DNA of 64,000 bases, taken from NCBI GenBank assembly GCA_964187785.1, contig OZ076414.1, positions 58,218,001-58,282,000 on the forward strand, read 5' to 3'. Both the position numbers and the translations under genes were made by a program. Shown here piece by piece: positions 59,000-64,000 of the stretch (positions are counted from its first letter, which is position 1; each line of letters opens with the position of its first letter). The notes below the pieces were generated by a model that ran no database searches, had not been told where the DNA came from, and saw only the letters and a list, made by a program, of their open reading frames with translations. Origin of the DNA: Amphiscolops sp. MND2022 (lineage: Eukaryota).

Positions 59000-61000
59000 T
59001 TTTAGTCTGATATATCGAAAATGATTGATAGTTTTCGAAATCAAAAAATTTCTGTGTCTTAAGTAGATTTGGGAAGTTATTCGAACATATTTACGCTCAA
59101 AATTAGCTAGTTGTAACACTCACATTTTTTGTGTTAGATTCTTCAAAAAAATGTAATGAAGTAAATATGAAATTTCAAGAAAATTTCGTCTCGGTTGTTT
59201 TGCAGAATTTTCAACCTTTTTCAAGAAAATTGAGCCCGAAATTACTGCAGGTATAATTTTGTAATCACAGTACTGTGCAGCCCAAAAAACGTTTTGAATT
59301 GCTTCCAGAGCAAGAGTCTCTTTCAGTAAGGTAGCAGAACAGTGAATTTCCAGACATGAATTGAATAGGTAATCAACGAGCTAAATAAACGGGTTGTGTA
59401 CAGATGAATCACAAAGAACCCGAGACTCCAGGCAAGCTGAGACTCCAGGCATCGAAATTACAAATTGGGCTAATTGCCACATTTTTCAATATTCATTACA
59501 TATTTATGTTTGGTCTGTCAAACAGGTAAAATTGTTGAACTAAACTGAAAGGCATCGTTTTATAACATGAAATACTTCGATAAAAGATACCCGTTTTTCT
59601 TACAGACATGCATAAAATGCTAGAAAAGTCAGAAGAGTTCATTAGTTTATTATCTTGGTTCCAACCAATGTTTTTTCTATTCCATACTATTTGTGTTCCA
59701 CCGTAATGGTGGATGGTGATAACCCTATTTAAAAGTGCTAGACACTTATACAAGCGTTTATAGGTTGCAGTTTATATAGGTTGCAACGCTTTTTTTAAAT
59801 GTTTTCGAGAGCTGTTTGGTAAAGGTTTCATGCCGCGTCACTAATTTTTCATGTCGTTATTAAGATTCCTCTGCAATTTGGTAGGTTCTCAGAAAGACAT
59901 CAAGGTTTTGTGGGCCTTGCCTCGAATTTTGTAAGCACAAATGCTAAAAAATTTGTTTTGATGGGGAAAACTTTGTGCTCGCAAACTGTTGAAAAACGCA
60001 AAATTTATCTTTTTTCAAGTTGACATTTATCTCGAATATTTGAAGCAGCTATAATACCAAAGTCCTGACCTGTTCTGATTTCTTCGATAGCAAATATCAG
60101 AATGTTGTTTTCAAACGTTCTTAAATCACTTTTCGTAGCTTAGAAAGTTTCTCATACCTCTTTGCAAAACGTATTTACCATAATAAGCAATTTTAAATGT
60201 TACAAGCGTATTAGGAACTTTTTTCACCCCCAACAGTTTACGAAACTGCATTTGGTTCTAGTTTCTCATCTCTTCATGTTTCAGACGAGAGTGTTTTCCT
60301 GTGAATTTTGATCCAATGAGCAAGTGGCAACAATAGAAGTTCGACTTCATGATGATCAAAGAGCTAATACTATCAAGAAGGGGGAACCGTTTAGCTGACC
60401 AAACTTGATTGTGTGAACAAAATTTACGCAGCAGATTGTTTATAATCAACCAAGTTTTTCGTTCGATGTTATTGAATTGTTTTAATTGATTTCGGGTTTT
60501 GTCTGCGCTTTCAAGTTGTACGAACTTTTTGCATGGAATCAGCATTTTGCATTACTTTATCCATCTCAATTTTAGATGAAAACTTCATCTGTTTTTGTAT
60601 TCAAGTTTTTTAGAATAATCATGGGTTTAAGTTTGGTACATATCTCAATAGAAAGGCCAAGATTTCGAGAAACACATATCCAAAAATTGCATGAGAACGA
60701 AAACAACAGTACCAGAAACATGGAATTAAAGAATAGATTTGCAGCTCAGTTTTTGTCGGATTGGATTTATCAAAGAGATCGTTCAAATTCATGAAAATGA
60801 ACTTTTTTCCCTTGGCGTGTTTCGGTTGTTTGACCAATTTCTGCGTTTAGCAACTCACATTGACGGTTCGTTGCTACTGTCTTGTTCTCCGCCTATACGT
60901 TGTTATGTAACGTCAAGCACCTTCGTGACAGGGCATATACTAGGAATTTTGAAAAATTCGAATTGTGACATGGCCGATCTGGCAGGTACCCAAAATCAAT
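59000..61000 (-). pseudogene. Highly decayed fragments resembling a Polinton/Maverick-type family B DNA polymerase
   Basis: Collinear short pieces (LNDLFDK; LLRKFCS..VWSAK; NLDVFLRTY; WNQD..MNSSDF) reminiscent of protein-primed polB. Recognised from memory only, with no catalytic motif clearly intact. Confidence 0.3.
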
Positions 61001-63879
61001 TTGGAAGACGATAAAGCAACATAGGAAAACAACCAGTGAAAACCCTGAAAATCCAAGAGACGGCAACAAAAAGAACGTCCAGAATGGCCAAATTCATCTT
61101 ACTTCGCCAAAAAATACCAGAAACTACAGTGTGTGTTTTATCCGGTATGCATTACCTGGGAAGTCAAAATCTCGGTGAGGCTTTGACACCACGTTTATGG
61201 CAGTAGTTTCGTCAACAGTGCAATATTTCATGTCTTTGGAAATGTATGATTTGTAAGACCTGTTATTTTGTAAATCTGGTCAAAAAGTGTTTTACAGCTA
61301 ATTGCCTGTTTGGACCTCGGAAGAATGTAGAAAGTTGCATGAAAATACGCTAGGAACATTAGGATTTGCCTTTACATGCTGATAGGGCGTGTCCGAACTT
61401 TGAGAGTGCCGGCATATCGCCACGGCGCTCTAAACGGGGAGCCTCCTTTCTGTTGGGACAGTCCCCCTACAAGACAGTTTTTGGTACGGTCTAGCGTTGT
61501 ACTAAGACCATGGTACTATGCCATGGCAACCTAGGCATTGTCCCCGCTCTGGCTTGTATGCTGCTAGCTTGACGTTGAAACGTATAGTTCTCATGACAAC
61601 AACATGGGAATTGTTTTCTTTAATTCGTCGTACTACGAGTTTTTCCTGCTTTCCGGACCTGTAAGGTCCACATCTAGGAAAAGATTTAAGGGTTTCGGAA
61701 AGTTTTCACTGTTTTTTTGATCCCGTCAGTCTTCTTTCTAGCAGAATTCTTGCGTTTTCTGCTTGGTTCTTAGGTCTGACACAAGAAATAGTCATTTGAT
61801 AGCAACGTACCTAGTTGGGCGGCATCAGGTTGGAAATTTTCATCCGGCCTAACTGGATTTGTTCAAACGGGTCCTGAAGACTTGTCTTAGCAATAAAATA
61901 ATGTACTGGAAGTGTCAAGTTGTTTGGTGGACGTCATTAAAGCATTGCACCAGTTTACGAGCAGCCTCCAGACACTACCCCTTTTCCTCCCCGTAATTAG
62001 CAACAACACCCCCGAAATGGGCGAACTCATTTAGTTCCCCTATTGTTTTCAAACCCAAGAACCTGTTCCATGAGCCTACCCACAATAATACTAACTGAGA
62101 AAAATACCCACCGACTATATTGATCACTCTGTAAAATCTAACAGCTGATTTGTTATGACACCTATATGCGCCGTTTATCGGCTATTAATACTTTCTTGGC
62201 GGTTTTTTCTCTGGCGGTGGTAGGGCTGTGGGAAAAAAAATTTACCCGCAAATTCACTTGCGATCCAGAAAACTTTTAGTTTTTAGTTGAAAAGACCAAA
62301 CTTTGTCCGAGACTAAATTTGGCGATGACCAAGCCCTGGGAGCTCACCCCAGAGCATTGACAGCCACCTAAAGCCTTTTTTCCGCGAGACAGATGTCGTT
62401 ATCGCCAAGACTTTTTCAAGGCCCTCCGAATTGAAAATGAAAATTTTTCCGGCCAATTTATTCGTTACTTACAAAAGCCGCTCATTGGTTACTTTTTATT
62501 TCCGGAAACCAAAATTTTGCCGGAAAGTGTACGTCCAGTGGGAATACGATCAAAACTTTCGATCAATAACGTCAGTTGAGGAACAGAAAATTTGCCAAGA
62601 CAAAATGTGAAAACACCTAAAACAGTTGCGATTTTTGTTGATAGACAGCTCAATTTGGCCTTTTAGACCAAATTTGGGCGGGGCGAAGTCTTGGGCATTT
62701 GTTCGTGAGCCTTCAGGACAGACCATAAACATTGTCCTTGTGCTTGATAATATTAGACACAAATGGCCAGACAGTTTTCAGACTCCTCAAAACCAATATT
62801 AAAAAATATCACCCGATTTCTCTCCAAATACATGTACCTGAATAGATGACGCCATTAACCTGAGCCATATGAAAACAACAGTAACTTTTGAAACAAACCA
62901 GTCCCCTGAAAAAAATGTAAAACACTGCTACGTTACTCGTAGAATAATCCAAAAATCAGAAACGGAAAACAAAAGTATCCTGGTGAAAATACGTTGTTCC
63001 CAAAATGTTTAAAAGGTGTCGAAAAAACTTTTTGAAAGATCTCAATTGGAACCTGTGAGATTTCGCTGGTCCAGTTTCAGCTACTACACAGTGTAGCGTT
63101 TCGTATTAAAGTAGTATGTGTTTTGTTGTTAGTTGTTCATTTTTATTTACGAAGCATTGAACGGTGACAAAGTACTTTATTACTAACAAAGCTGCAGTAT
63201 TAGGTCCAGATAAAGAAACAATTGGATGGCAAGTTTTCTTCATCGGTTCTGAGTAGAGTGCAAATCAGAAAGGAATTTTCGTTTATATGTTGTGTGTTGA
63301 AGACAAAATAGGTTATAAAAAACTTCAATGCAGTGTCGAACAGTCTATACGACTATACCAAAAGTGGGAAAGATAATTTGAAAAGAATAGTTATACAGGT
63401 ATTTCATCCGACCAGGATCTGAAAAAAATAGATATTATCGAAGAAGTGTACAGACATCTCGTGGAGTTCGGGGTAAAGGGAAATTGTTTGAAGTTTGGAA
63501 GAAAAAATTTCTTTTGTGGTTGAATTATAGCTGGAGATGGTGCTTGAAATTAGGAGAATTGGTTGTTTTCTTATGTTGCGTCTATACTCCAGAGGTTTTA
63601 TTGATCCGAGAAAGTTTTGATCATTCGTACAAGTCGTTCGGGCAATATGCAATGTCGGTCTAGATTTGAGGTTGATATAACTTCAGGCTAGAGTTATTTT
63701 AAAGGAGTGTAAGGATCTTTAAAGTTTTTACTTTCAGTTATATACTTGGTGTTCAAAGTTTGGTGGCCAGTTGGCAGCGTGTTCAGAGCTCATTGAGTTG
63801 AAACACAAATCATTATTAGTTTCCAGACCCCCGCTAAGCACCGGGATACTTTCCGCTAAACAACTATTGCAAAAAAGTA

Positions 63880-63985
63880 TCACGAAGGAAAGGATCGAAC
63901 CCACGACCTACTGACTGTAAAACACAAAAACATCTCAAGCTCCAGCCCGGGTTCGAACCCAGGACCTACAACCTGACTGAGCCAC
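63880..63985 (-). mobile_element. Two tRNA-derived SINE-like B-box fragments
   Basis: GGTCGTGGGTTCGATCC and GGTCCTGGGTTCGAACCC on the minus strand, without complete cloverleafs. Confidence 0.35.
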
Positions 63986-64000
63986 CACAGGATCTACAAC

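Overview
AT-rich eukaryotic (invertebrate-like) genomic DNA dominated by Ty3/gypsy LTR retrotransposons; the species cannot be determined from the sequence. The centrepiece is a young 15.6-kb element (B, 32333-47934, minus strand). It has 1.9-kb LTRs differing at 8 positions by manual comparison, a 5-bp TSD (ATCAA), a tRNA-Leu-like PBS, gag starting inside the LTR, an A_AAA_AAC -1 frameshift signal and a 1909-codon pol. Between pol and the 3' LTR it carries an antisense gene with four introns (about 1,125 codons). That gene encodes a BED-like zinc finger plus a hAT-transposase-like core that lacks the first catalytic Asp, and it sits head-to-head with a small sense acidic ORF. Diverged relics of the same cargo module occur at the same position in two other gypsy elements (A, 1-10386; C, split by B). 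The LTR of B contains pairs of a CAGGCC motif at exact 12-bp spacing. The rest of the window holds a small decayed gypsy element (D), MITE/SINE-like repeats, a satellite-containing TIR element, a 3.8-kb tandem duplication, a probable Polinton-type polB relic and scattered putative host exons. No rRNA, intact tRNA or CRISPR array was found.
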